Positions 26,995 to 40,300 of a DNA stretch of 64,000 bases are shown piece after piece. The position numbers were made by a program, and so were the translations under genes. Position 1 is the stretch's first letter, and each line of letters begins with the position of its first letter. The notes under the pieces are model-generated. The model had not been told where the DNA came from, made no database searches, and saw only the letters and a list, made by a program, of their open reading frames with translations. The DNA comes from Geosiphon pyriformis uo1 (lineage: Eukaryota > Fungi > Glomeromycota), in assembly GCA_016748015.1 (NCBI GenBank), contig JAAOMT010000543.1, forward strand, positions 62,001 through 126,000. Reading direction: 5' to 3'.

Positions 26995-29900
26995 TTTTTT
27001 TTATAATTTTACAAATGAGACCCAAATACTACCTAGTACAATATATTAAACTAAATAAACTAAATAATCTAAACTAAGCACAAATCATGTATTTTCTACA
27101 TGTAACCAGCTACTTAAATCAATTAAAGCAACATTATAAATCTATCTTAACAGAAACCATATAGTCAATACTAAAAAAAAACTACAAAGTCTATAAGAAC
27201 CAAAACTGATGCTATGTGTTTTTATAATTCCAAGCAACTTAATAATACTATCAAAAAGCAAAGACAAAAAACTATAGATCTTAAAAGGCATAAATCTATT
27301 ATGTGTAATTAAACTTTTTTTCTCTATTAATACTTTATACTTAATTTTAACTAACTATACATCAATCTAATAAGCCATTGCCAAACTTTGTACCAACTTA
27401 ATAATTTTTTTGCTAATAGTTTTGGCACAGCCAAAAACAAAACAGCTTCCAAATACTATTTTCTAAACACAAGATTTTTGTACAATACAATATATATGGT
27501 ATTATCGAAAACACACAAGAAAAGCAATTATAAAATACAAGATAACAACAAATTTAAGCCTGAAATTAACCTTCACTAGACTAAATGTAAATTAAGTAAT
27601 TTTTTGCAAACACTAGAGTCTATTATATATGTAAAAAAATGATCAAAAAGCTTAATCTCTCCATATTGTAAACACAATACACTAGAATATTTTTTATTAT
27701 ATAAGTGTTTTTGAACAACAATTAGTAAATAATGATATAAAACTTTTATAAAGTATGAACACAAACCAGTAATAAATCTACTTATAAAACTAGATGTCAT
27801 ATGTAAGTTAATATATTAAATTAATAAAGTCTAAATCCAATGTATATCTCTAATCATGTTTTTACAAACAACACTAAAACCAGACCCAACTTTTTAACAA
27901 GCATAATAAACAGCCCTAAACATATTATAAATAAAATAATAAACATTTTTAAACACTACTACTTTATCAGCTTTGATGTATTTCTCCTTAACAAAAACAA
28001 AAAGCAACAAATTTGAACATAAAGCTAAATTGGTTAATAAATTAACATATTTATTGTTCAAAATACACAAATAATTTTTAATCTTGATTTAAAAAAAAGC
28101 AAACATCTTGTTTTTAATAGAGTTTATAAGACTACATTTCTTAAGCCAATAGCAATTATTAAATAAAGTTATACTCAATTTTGTAATACATATATCTAAA
28201 GTGACTTGACAATCTGAATACATTATGATATTACTAAAAACCAAAATACACTTTAAGATCAAAGCAATTGCCTGTAATTCTGCCATTATAGAAAACACCA
28301 AACCACCAATTTTAACATTAATACTTAAATTCAGATTAGCAAAAAATACAGCTGCACTATATCTTATCTTATATGTACTCAGTTTTTTAAAAATTTATCT
28401 GTGTAAATATTAATAATATCCAAATTAGAATCAAAAAAACATCATCTTACTATGAAAAAATTACTGGAACCAAAAATATTTAAAAGCTGAAATTTGTTAA
28501 CAAATGACTAAACAGCAAAATAAAAAGTAGAATTAACTAAGTAATTACATGTCAACTTAAACCAAACAAGAACTGGGCCTTTAAGATTGAGCTTTTTTCA
28601 ACAGCAAAAACTTTTTTAATCAAAAATCAATATTTTTTTATTATATAATTGTTTAACAAAAGTAATACTAAATCTTTTAAATGAGTAAGAAACATTATAA
28701 AATATTGTATTCTCCAAAATAAATAACATAAAAGTGCTACCAGAAAATTGTTAACTGAATTGATCTTTAATTTCACAAAATTTTGCAAAAAATAAATGAA
28801 TAACTAACTCAAAATTTGCGAATTTAAAGATCTATAATTAAACAAACAACCAAAAACTCTATTAATATTTAAAAAACTTAGCATAAAAGTCGATTTACTT
28901 TCTGCTTATACTTGCTCAAATGATTTTAAGCCATATAAAGATGGATGATAAAAAGTCTTATTAGAAAAATTTTTTGACAAGTCAGCTTTCATCCTTAAAT
29001 TTTTTTTAATCAGCATATTTTATTTGTTGTACACATTTTTAGAGACAAAACTAAACTAGATTTTGTAGCCAACAATAAGTTAAAGCACAGTTAAAATCAA
29101 ATAAAGAAACTGTTTGTTTAAAATAGTTTTTTTTAAGATCATATTAACAAAAAACCTGATATTTAAATAAGTCTTTTTCAAATTAAGCTTGAATAAATCT
29201 TCAGAAAACAAAAAAATACCAAAATATTTATGAAATTCTCTATTTTGTACTATAGATATTAGCAGACTACATATTAATAATAATGCATTCCTAATTCTTT
29301 GGTTGATAAAAATGGCTACTATTTTATTATTGTTAATAAAAATGTTATTAATTTTAAAAAACTCACTTGTAATATCCAAAATATATTAAATGGTAGCTTA
29401 ATTACTTCTTACTTAAATTGTATTATTAATAAAAACACCAGTTATTAGATACAAAATCAACTTATTTTGGTTTTTTATTCTTCCAATTTTAGTTACAAAT
29501 TTAGTATCAATATGATAATTACACAAGCTTTTATGTTTCTTGATTTTACACAGAAAAAAATCATAAAAAATTCTTTAGAGCAGAAAGAAAAAAATCTTAT
29601 CTTAATCCAAACTATTATGTACTTGGTATTTATTTGTTAACTTATAATTAATCATAATTTGATTAATTCTACTATTGTGAATACTACCAAAAAATCGAAT
29701 AAATTATTTACACATTTTAATTCAAACTAAACTATTTTTCAAATAATGCTAACCAACAGAGTTAGAGACTTTTTACATGTTTTGTAAAACCAGCTAAAGT
29801 TGACAATTTTTTTTTAAAGTGTCTTTAATTACTGAGCCAACTGCAAAAATAAAAAATTAATTAGTAGTGTTTTTTAATACAGAAAATTTGTTATCATAAA

Positions 29901-32028
29901 ACACATTGAATCTATTATAGACTAAAAAAATTCTATTAGAAATATTTTGAAAAGTATTTTACAAGCAGTTTCAATTAAGACAATCAGTTTGGTATTGGTT
30001 AAAATATTCTCTTACTTATAAGATTTAAGAATTATTAACACCCAAGCTTTCTTCTATAGTTAAGGTACAGATTCACATACCAAATAAAAATTCAAAAAAT
30101 CCAAAAGCATAACAAGAACTGAATTATCACAATATTTTCAAAACTTATTTGTAATACTAGACAAATCAACAGTCTTTTTATTAAACAGATTTTTAATTAT
30201 ATATATTAAATTATTATAATTAATAACACTTATAAAATTAGAAAAAGCAGCATTATTAACATAATTCAATAACAAATATTGATAATACCACAGATTAGAA
30301 ATACTATTTAACACCAATTTCTTTTTTGTTCAATCTTTTATAATTGTATTAATCTTAGATTTAATCTTACCAAGATCCAAAACTAATTTATTATTAACAA
30401 CCAAATAATTTAATACAATTTTTCGAAAAGAATGCTCCAATACACTTCTAATTATATAACTCTTATTGATAGTAAAGCTTTTCATCTATTTGTCAATAAC
30501 AAATCTGATAAATAATTCTTCAGTCCTTAAAGATTCAACAAATTTGGAGATACAATATGATTTCTTAACTTTAAAACAAAAAGATCTTATATAATTAAAA
30601 TTAAAACTAGAGTCTAACAAAACTTGAATACTTGAAGCATTGTTATTGTTCAAAGACATCTAATGGTTTATTAAAAAATTAAGTTCATTATTAGTCTTAT
30701 TATGTAAAAATTTGGCAATTTTTAACATCAGCAATTCTAATTTATGAAACCTAAAAGATTTTTTAGTCAAAACATCATTAAAATTTTTAAACTATTTTTT
30801 TTTGAACACTTCATTGGCTGATAAACTCATTATTTTATAAATAATATTTTATATTATATTCATATCTAAAAAATTCTTAAATATAGCAAACTTATTAGAA
30901 TATATAGCAGCATTGGCCATCATAATATTCTTGAATTTGTTTTATTTTGTGTTATTAATATTCTTAAAATTAAACTTTTAATGATTTCTATTTGCTAATT
31001 TATAAAAAAATTTTGATTGTATATTCAACAAACTATCCAAACTTACAAAAATAAAGACCACTTAATAATTAGTGTCAAAGTGCCCTTTAATATTCAAAAC
31101 ATTATAATCTATTACTGCATTAATCAAATTTAAGAAAACAAATATAAAATCAATTGTTTTTTAGCACTCTTAAAATTATTTTATGTTAAGAATTTTACAA
31201 CCAAGCTTTCCACCAAAAAATTAACCAGTCTTAGATCAAGACATTTTTTAAAACTATCATACTTATAAAAATTATTCTTATTGAAATCACCTTCCAAAAT
31301 CATAAATGAAGTCTTGTTTACAGTCTTAGCAATTAGTAAATTAATTTTCCCAGCACACAGCTCCAAAATCAACATAAAAAGTTTATTCTTAAAAAACAGT
31401 TTAATAGACAAAATCTTACTAACAACTTCTAAAATCTTGTATAAATATTTGCTAAACCAATATTTATAATAACTACAACATCAAAACCCAAATAATAAGA
31501 CTTTAAACCAAAAGTGAATATTCAAACACCATCAAACTTATTTATAATTTATAGACAACTCTTTTTTTTCAATTTTGTTTTAATAACAATAAAAATTAAA
31601 TTGTTTATTTTTTTATGTTAATAAATAATATTTACCTGTTTTACAAGATTGTTTATACCCTTAACATAACATATAGCAATTTTTCAGATCAAATCAATTA
31701 TTGTTAAGAAAAAACGTTTAAAACCAAAACTTATTATTTACTTTGGGCAACAAACTTATAATTATATCTAATAAATTGTTTATTTTAACTTCAAACTTTT
31801 TAATAATCAATTGGTTCAAAGACTCTGTCTTTGTTACAGTCTTGTTACTAGTAATTACACTTGAACTTTTACTTATTACTATATCCATCTCTTAATTCTG
31901 TAATGAAGAAGTCACTAATAGCTAACATTTAAAGCTAAACTGAAAAACTGTTGGCCCAAATGTATTCAATTTTTTAGTTAGCTTTTCAATTTGCTTTATG
32001 AAATCAGCAAAACTGTGTTCAAGTGTAG
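26995..32028 (-). mobile_element. LINE copy C, 3' part (end of ORF1, ORF2, 3' UTR, tail); interrupted by the Gypsy at 32029
   Basis: ORF remnants SIKLFFKNKL..LEGDFN (APE), AELQAIALIL (RNase H), CLQYGEIKLFDHFF (CCHC). 3' UTR reverse complement at 27020-27130; T-tract at ~26995-27002. Confidence 0.85.
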
Positions 32029-32951
32029 TGTTATAAGTAATTATTTAAAGTGTTGATACAAATAACAAACCCATAACTTGATGTTTAATAGCTATTAATT
32101 ATGATAATTTCTGAAGATTTTTATGATTTGAAGGTTTTGGTTGAGTTTTTTGTATAAAAGATAAAGATTCAAGTATTGTTTTAGTAACTTTCCAGAATGT
32201 TTATTTTGTTAATTTCTGTTTTCAGTGTGGTGACTGGTTTATTCTAGCAGTTGTGTCCTTTTGGTAAGCTATTCTTAATTTTATAAGTTTTTTATTCTTA
32301 TTTTATAAGTCTTTTATCAGGCTATTCTTAACATCAAATTATTCAGTACTTAATCTCTTAATTAATTAGTAAACAATAAAAAAAACAAAAGAGAATAAAA
32401 TAAAATAAAGAATTAGTATTCTGTCAATAGTCATAATCAAAAACTATTGGTTCAATATAATTAAGTATCAATAACTATCAACATAAAGTGTTGATAATAG
32501 GAAGATTGATTAATATTTTTTAATTAACAATAATAATATAAATTAAAAAGTAATAGATAATTTTATTGATATTGATTATTTTTACTTCAAGTTATAATAT
32601 TTTATCTTTTGAAAGAAAAGGTATTTAGAACAATTAATTATTTCTAACTTCTTGTTTGGGTTAATTTGGAAGTAAATTCTGTCTTTTTTGCTTCTAATAT
32701 TCTTGCTATATATACATATTTCTCATTATATGAGATCTCACACATTTATGAGCAATATGTTATAATTTCTCAAACAATACTCATATTGTTAAGCAATATG
32801 TCATAATTTTTTAAAAATGTTTCATATTGCTGAGCAATATGCTCTAATTTACTAACAATATGTTCACATGTTAATTACTATTCTTTTATTAGTCTATTTT
32901 TTCTATTTGTTTTTTCTACTACTTTTTTTGTACTCTTTTTTATAAGTAATA
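32029..32951 (-). repeat. 3' LTR of Gypsy element (~923 bp)
   Basis: Colinear with 43994-44932; differences are mostly transitions. Confidence 0.9.
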
Positions 32952-33487
32952 TTATCTCTTCTTTTAATATTAAGCTTTGTTAAAATTTTTATTTAAATTA
33001 GGTCTATTACTTTTTTTTCTAATAATATTTGTTTAACTCTGGTTTTTATGTTTTTTATTTGTGAATTGTTTATTTTTTCTTACAGGTTAATGGTTATTGT
33101 TTCTATTTTTAAGTATAATAGTATTTCTGAGTAATTTTGAAATATAGTATGTAGTTAATATATTGTTTTAATATGTAGTATTGAATTTGTTTTTTTTCTA
33201 ATAAAGTTTTCAATGTGTTGTACTATCTTTTGATTAAATATTCTCTTAAATTTGTTAATATATAATTCATAAATATTCAGTTTTTGTCTTAACTAATAGT
33301 AATAGTATGATATTAGAAGTTGTTTTATTCATTGTTTCTAATTTTCTTTTGTTAGTTTTTTTGTTGGAACAATTATGAGTATTTTCCTAAAAGTATTCTT
33401 TACTTTTTTTATTATTTTATTAGACTCATGTTTTGTTTGTATCAGTGGTCATTAATATAATGTACTTTTACTTTTTTTTCTTTTTTG

Positions 33488-33558
33488 GTGTTTCAATAGC
33501 AAATTGTTTAGTGTTTTAATAGCAAACTGTTTGGTGTTTTAATAGCAAATTGTTTGGT
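33488..33558. repeat. 23-bp tandem repeat x3 (GTGTTT(C/T)AATAGCAAA(T/C)TGTTT(A/G))
   Basis: Directly visible between integrase and the 3' LTR. Confidence 0.85.
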
Positions 33559-35770
33559 GATTAATAATAATTTCTATATTTAATTGTTGTTGATTTATGG
33601 CTTGGAATAATTGCTAAGCCATTGTGTAAATATGGTCTGAGATTTTCATCTTTTATTGTTGTTTTTGTTGTATCTGCTAGATTTTTATATATTTTTTTGG
33701 TTAATTAATTTTGATGTATTTATGTTAATAATTATGATTGGTTCCAAATTTTATAGAATTTTATCTGGTTAAATTAGTATTTATTGTACTCTTAGTTAAG
33801 AAATATTATTGATAGATAATGATACTATATTGTAATATGATTTCAATCAATTTTTATATACTGTTTTAATCAAAATTTTATTGTCTTATCTTAATTTATA
33901 AGCTCTATTTCTTAAAATTTTTTCAATGTAAAATAATTTGTCCCATTTGCGATCAAATTTTCTATTTTATTGTTTTTTTGCTTTGGTACAATGTAAAAGT
34001 ACTTTGTTTTCAATCTTGAATTTAACTAATTTGTCTAATAATTAGTTATCATGCCATTTTTTTTGTTTTGTTTGTGACTTTTAAATGTTTTCAGCAGCTT
34101 TCTATTGTTTGTTTTTTAGAGTTTTTATTAAGTTATATGTTTTTTTAACAATGTTTCTTTGAAGTTGGCTTCTGTTATTAATTTAGTTAGATACATATTG
34201 ACTTTTATTTCAACTAGTAATATTGTTGTTTTACTATATATTAGTTTAAATAGTATTGCTTATATAGTATTTTGCTTTATTGTCTAATAAGTAAATAATA
34301 CTAATAATATAAACAAATTCTATTTATTCTGATTTTTTTGGATAATTTTGGCTATTGTTTCATATAATATTCTATTGAACTTTTCAACTAAGCCATTGGT
34401 TTGTAAATAATATAAAAATAATAATAATCTTTTGATTTCAAATTTTTGACTTAATTTTGTTAATATTCTGTTTATAAAATAAGTTTTTTGATCTAATAAC
34501 AATTTTTTTGAGCATCTGTGTTGGCAAATCAAATTTTGATGAACAAATTTGGCTACAAATTTTGCATATGTTTTTTGAATTGCTTTTGCTTTTGGTCATT
34601 TTGTGTATTTATTGCTTTTATTGGTTATTGTTAATGGTCTGACTAAGTTAATTCTAATTTGATTAAATAATTGTTCTACTTTAATTGGTCTTAATGATTT
34701 ACTGGATTTTGTTCCTCCTTTTTTTTGACAAGCATCACAATTTTGAATATATTAAATAATATCTGGATACATTGATAATCAATAGTATTTTTTTCTGGTT
34801 TTTTTTATGATTGTTTCTTTATAAAAATGTTTTGCTGTTGAATTTAAGTGCATGTTAAACAGTATTGTTTTTTTCTTTGGTTCTGTAATTACTCTGAGTA
34901 GTTGATTTGAATTTTTTCTGTTTTTCTAATATAATATATTTTGGTGAGTAATAAAATATTTTAATTGTTGTTTTATGTTGTTTTGTTTTTTTTGAGATAA
35001 TTTCTTTTTAAACTGTTAAGTATTAATATAATGTTGAAATTGTTGATATTTTTGTGTATTTATCTTTTGTTATATTTTTGGGTTGAAATATTTAAATTTG
35101 TTTTATTTATAACAAGTCATTAGTATTTTTTTTTATAATATATGATATAATTAAATAATAAAAGTTCTATTTTTTATCTTATATGATAATTGTTTCCAAA
35201 TTTTTGCTTCTGAATTGATGTTAATTCTTTGTGATTAGTGTATATATTGAACTTTTAGCTTAAGTATTTTTTCTATTTGATAACAGCCCAATAAATAGCT
35301 AAGTATTCTAATACTAGTGTACTATAATTTTTTTTGGCTAAACTCAAACTTTGGCTGACATATGTCACTAGATGTTCTTATTCATTTAATTTTTTTTAAG
35401 ATAGCTTCCAATACTTGACCAGATGTATTGGTAATAATAATAAATAATTTGCTGTAATCTGAATAGATTAATACTAAAGCTTAAATAAGCTTTCTTTTTA
35501 GTATTTTAAACACTTCTTGTTAAGTTTTTGTTCATTTATATTTAACATTTTTTGCTTGAAGCTAGTAAAGTGGTTAAGCCAATTTGGAGAAGTTCTGGAT
35601 AAAATGTTAATAGTATCTAATAAATCCCAAAAATGCTCTTAATTCTGTCAAATTGGTTAGAACCAGAAAATTCTTGACTATTTTAATCTTGTTTGAATCT
35701 GTTTTAATGTTATTTTTATTTAAAACATGTTCCAAAAACTTAAGTTTAGTTTTTTCAAAGAAGTATTTGG

Positions 35771-38740
35771 TGTTACCGAAAGATTTTCACATTTTTCAAT
35801 GCAAAAATTACAACACATACAATGAAAATTAACATCAAAATCATGCAAAAAAGGCCTACATTATCACACTTAATCAACAAAATCAGCCAGCAATCTGGAA
35901 ATAAATGATCAGTAATCAATCTAATTACAACAAAAAAATATGGCACAATCCAACAGTTTAACTAAGTTGGATATAAAGAAATCTTGGCAAATTAAAAAAC
36001 ACCAATGGAAATGAATGATTGATGCATGTAATCAGATAACAACAGGTTTTGTTATGCTCCAAAATTCTCATACACCCTTATTAGAACAATCTAACATTCC
36101 AGATCTGTGATCAATGGTTAAAAGTAGTTACCAAGAAATGTAATCAATTGATCTACTTCTGATTATGTTGATCATAATTACAATTGGTATCATTGATTTA
36201 CAATCAATGTTCTAGATCCAGCCATCTAAAATCTGATCATTTAAATTACTAGCTTTTGGATAAATAACAGGCCAAATAAGCTCATCATAAATTGATTAAT
36301 TAAATGTATATAAATAATTGATGTATTTTAAATAGTTATAATATAGTATGTAGATCTGATGTAATTTAGCTATATATACAGCTCCTTTGTTAGTTCAGAA
36401 AAGTATCAGTTCAATACTGAGCCAACTCTTTGCTATAGTTTTATAGTGAGCAGTTAGTTTTTTCCTCTACTTTTTACACTCTCTCTCCCCTTTCTATGCT
36501 CTAAATACTTGTCATTACAATCTCAAATATGTCTTCCCATATTTCTTATCATCATTTGGAATCATGTTGTTTATAATCTTTTACTTACTTGTTATCACCA
36601 TTTTAAGTTGTTCTATTACTTCCGATCTTTTAAATCATGTGTTATCATCATTTCACATTAAGTCTTGTTTCACCAAACAAGTTGTTAAATATAAAAATAA
36701 GTAATAAAGTATCATATTGTTAGAGAGTGGTCTCAACAATAAAAAGTTTAAGCAAAATCTATTTCAGTTATGTTTAACTTTTATAATTTCTTTTATAATT
36801 CCTATAACTTTGTTTTCAAAGTGGGCATTTAAACACCACACCCTTTTGACGACTAATTAAAAGAATTTTGGTTACATATTTCTTTGAGTAATTGGTTTCA
36901 CTCCTTGTTGCTGGTTGCACTTTTGATACATATAAAGAGATGTGACTTTTCTTTTCTCTTTTTCAAATACTTAAGACTGGTTCTTGCCCAAAAACAAATA
37001 ATAATGACAATACTTTCTTTTACTTTTAATGACCTTATTACGTACTTTTTTTGTTCTCCCACTTACTAAAATAGTCTATACACCCATGATATGCTAAAGT
37101 CAGTAGTATAATCATGGTAATGTGTGTTCCAGGTGAAAGTTATTGTTATTGCTAAGAAGTTACAAATCCTATAGCTTTCACTCAGTAACATATGGTGTCT
37201 TTTGTTGTCAGTATGGAGACAACTATGAATATTTAAATAACCTTTAGATATCTCAGAGGACTTTGATCTTCCCTAAAGAGGAAGAAAAATTTAACAATTT
37301 ATAGGAGCTCATTTTTCAAAGATGGAGAAAATGTTACTGGAAGATTTTCACACTTTTCAATGCAAAAATTACAACACATACAATGGAAATTAACATCAAA
37401 ATCATACGAAAAAGTTCTACATCATTACACTTAATCAACAAAATTAGCCAGCAATTTGGAAATAAATAATCAGCAATCAATCTAATTACAACAAAAAAAT
37501 ATGGCACGATCCAATAGTTTAACTAAGTTGGATATAAAAAAATCTTGACAAACTAAGAAACACCAATGGAAATGAATGATTGATGCATATAATCAGATAA
37601 CAACAGGTTTTGTTATGCTCCAAAATTCTCATACACCCTTATTAGAACAATCTAACATTCCAGATCTGCAATCAATAGTTAAAAGTAGTTACCAAGAAAT
37701 GTAATCAATTGATCTACTTCTGATTATGTTGATCATAATTACAATTGGTATCATTGATTTACAATCAATGTTCTAGATCCAGCCATCTAAAATCTGATCA
37801 TCTAAATTACTAGCTTTTGGATAAATAACAGGCCAAGTAAGCTCATCATAAATTGATTAATTAAATGTATATAAATAATTGATGTATTTTAAATAGTTAT
37901 AATATAATATGTAGATCTGATGTAATTTAGCTATATATACAGCTCCTTTGTTAGTTCAGAAAAGTATCAGTTTAATACTGAGCCAACTCTTTGCTATAGT
38001 TTTATAGTGAGCAGTTAGTTTTCTCCTCTACTTTTTACACTCTCTCTCCCCTTTCTATGCTCTAAATACTTGTCATTACAATCTCAAATATGTCTTCCCA
38101 TATTTCTTATCACCATTTGGAATCATGTTGTTTATAATCTTTTACTTACTTGTTATCACCATTTTAAGTTGTTCTATTACTTCCGATCTTTTAAATCATG
38201 TGTTATCATCATTTCACATTAAGTCTTGTTTCACCAAACAAGTTGTTAAATATAAAAATAAGTAATAAAGTATCACATTGTTAGAGAGTGGTCTCAAAAA
38301 TAAAAAGTTTAAGCAAAATCTATTTCAGTTATGTTTGACTTTTATAATTTCTTTTATAATTCCTATAACTTTGTTTTCAAAGTGGGCATTTAAACACCAC
38401 ACCCTTTTGACGACTAATTAAAAGAATTCTGGTTACATATTTCTTTGAGTAGTTGGTTTCACTCCTTGTTGCTGATTGCACTTTTGATACATATAAAGAG
38501 ATGTGACTTTTCTTTTCTCTTTTTCAAATACCTAAGACTGGTTCTTGCCCAAAAACAAATAATAATAACAATACTTTCTTTTACTTTTAATAACCTTATT
38601 ATGTATCCCTTTTGCTCTCCCACCTACTGAAATAGTTCATACACTCATGTCAGTAGCATAATCATAGTAATGTGTGTTCTAGGTAAAAGTTATTGTTATT
38701 GCTAAGAAGTTACAAATCCTGTAGCTTTCACCTGATAACA
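35771..38740 (+). mobile_element. Non-autonomous LTR retroelement: LTR 35771-37190, 141-bp internal 37191-37331, LTR 37332-38740; TSD TTGG
   Basis: Both repeats start TGTTAC and end TAACA. TATGGTGTC (PBS-like) directly follows the first LTR; AAAGATGGAGAAAA (PPT) directly precedes the second. TTGG flanks both sides, and removing the element restores the host RT frame LNITKYFFEKTKLKFLEH. Confidence 0.93.
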
Positions 38741-39874
38741 TTGGTTATATTTAATTTCTATTCAGCTCTTTTCAGTTTTTCAAACACTTGTTAAATATAA
38801 TGAAAATAATCATCAAATATTTGTGAAAACATATTGGTATCATCCAAGTAAACTACTATAGATTTCCAAAGTAATCTGGTATAAACAATTTTTATGAGCT
38901 ATTGGAAGGTGGCTGGCATATTGGTTAAGCCAAAAGGCATAATATTAAATTCAAAATTTTCTTTTTTGGTAGTAAAAACAGTTTTTTTTTTATCTTCTGA
39001 GTCATGACTACTTGCTAGTAACCACTGTCTAAATTCAATATGGAAAACTATTTTTTTTCTTCAAAAACATTGAATAGTTTCTGAATTCATAAAGTTGGAT
39101 AATTGTTTTCACAAATTATATTGTTGAGTTTTCTATAATCCACACAAAAATAGACCTTTCTATTTTTTTTCTAGATTAATACCACTGGTAATAATTATAG
39201 ACTTATTGATAATTGAATTAATCTGTTGTTCAACATTCTGTTAATTTTCTGTTAAATGATTTTATGGCTGGCTGGTAGTATTTTGTATGCTTTTTGTTTA
39301 ATTGGTATTGTATCTTCTGTTTTGATTTGGTGTTGGATAATATCAGTTCTGCCAAATTCGTTTTTACTGATAAAAATGTCAATAAAATTATTAAGTAATA
39401 TCTTAAGTTGCATATATTAAAATAAATCTAAATTTTCCAAGTTTATTTGTTTTAATTGTTTTGATTAAAGCAAATAACACTTTTTCTATCTATATATTGT
39501 TTGTAATGTAATATCCACATATCTACAAAATTGTAAAAAATCTGAAATGGTGTTTGGTAGTTAGTTCTTAACTTTAATGCTTAAGTATTCAATAATAATT
39601 CTTTTAAGTATTTCAATGGGGTCTTTAATTGTATTGTAGATAAGAATTTTGATGTGTTTATAGTTTTTGGCCAATATGTAGAGAATGATAATCCCAATAT
39701 TTTCTGATTTACAAATAGTAGCTTTGATTTCAAAAATCTGAAACTAATTCTTTACTTTTTTTTCTATAACTAATAAGTACTAGTTATATGAAAAAATAAA
39801 AATGAATTGATTAGTGAAAATAATTTCTTTTTTATTAATGGTTTTTTCTTTTGCTATATTAATTGGTACATCTA

Positions 39875-40300
39875 TTTTATCTGTAAATTCGAATCCACTT
39901 ATTTTTTTGCTGTAATTTCTACTTCTTCTCTTTTTTTTACTAAAACTAACTGAGCTATTTTTACCAAAGACAGGAATATTGCCTGTGCTATTTTTTTATT
40001 TGGTTTAATAGTATATTCTTTTTTTAAGTTATTTTGTAGTATTGCAATAATATTTTCTACATATTCTGCATTAATTATTCTTCTTTTAATGTTAATTTTT
40101 TTCTTTGCTAAACTAAATTTAGAGACTAATTAAATTATTGTCATTGCTAGAATTTTTAGTACTATTTTCAAATCTATACTGATGTGCAAATAGAGTTCTA
40201 ATCAGATGACAGTTTTTTCTAAATATTTGAAATTAAATCTTGTATCAGTATTATGTACGCATTCTGGTATAATACTTTTATTATTATTGCTGAACTATTT
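39875..40300 (-). pseudogene. dUTPase domain within Gypsy pol
   Basis: PECVHNTDTRFNFKY (motif 1), VSKFSLAKK (motif 2), IINAEYVENI (motif 3), KIAQAIF (motif 4), SGFEFTD (motif 5). Deviations from consensus are mostly G>A/C>T changes. Confidence 0.85.

Noticed and set aside
32735-33560. CRISPR-like arrays
   Set aside because: No unique spacers, eukaryotic context, no cas genes; these are LTR and internal tandem repeats.
36884-38630. Duplicated 61-aa hydrophobic ORFs as small secreted proteins
   Set aside because: They start at TTG, lie inside LTRs, and their similarity only reflects LTR identity.
35771-38740. Simple tandem duplication or assembly artefact
   Set aside because: The copies differ by many transitions and an 11-bp indel, have TG..CA ends, a unique PBS/PPT spacer and a TSD.
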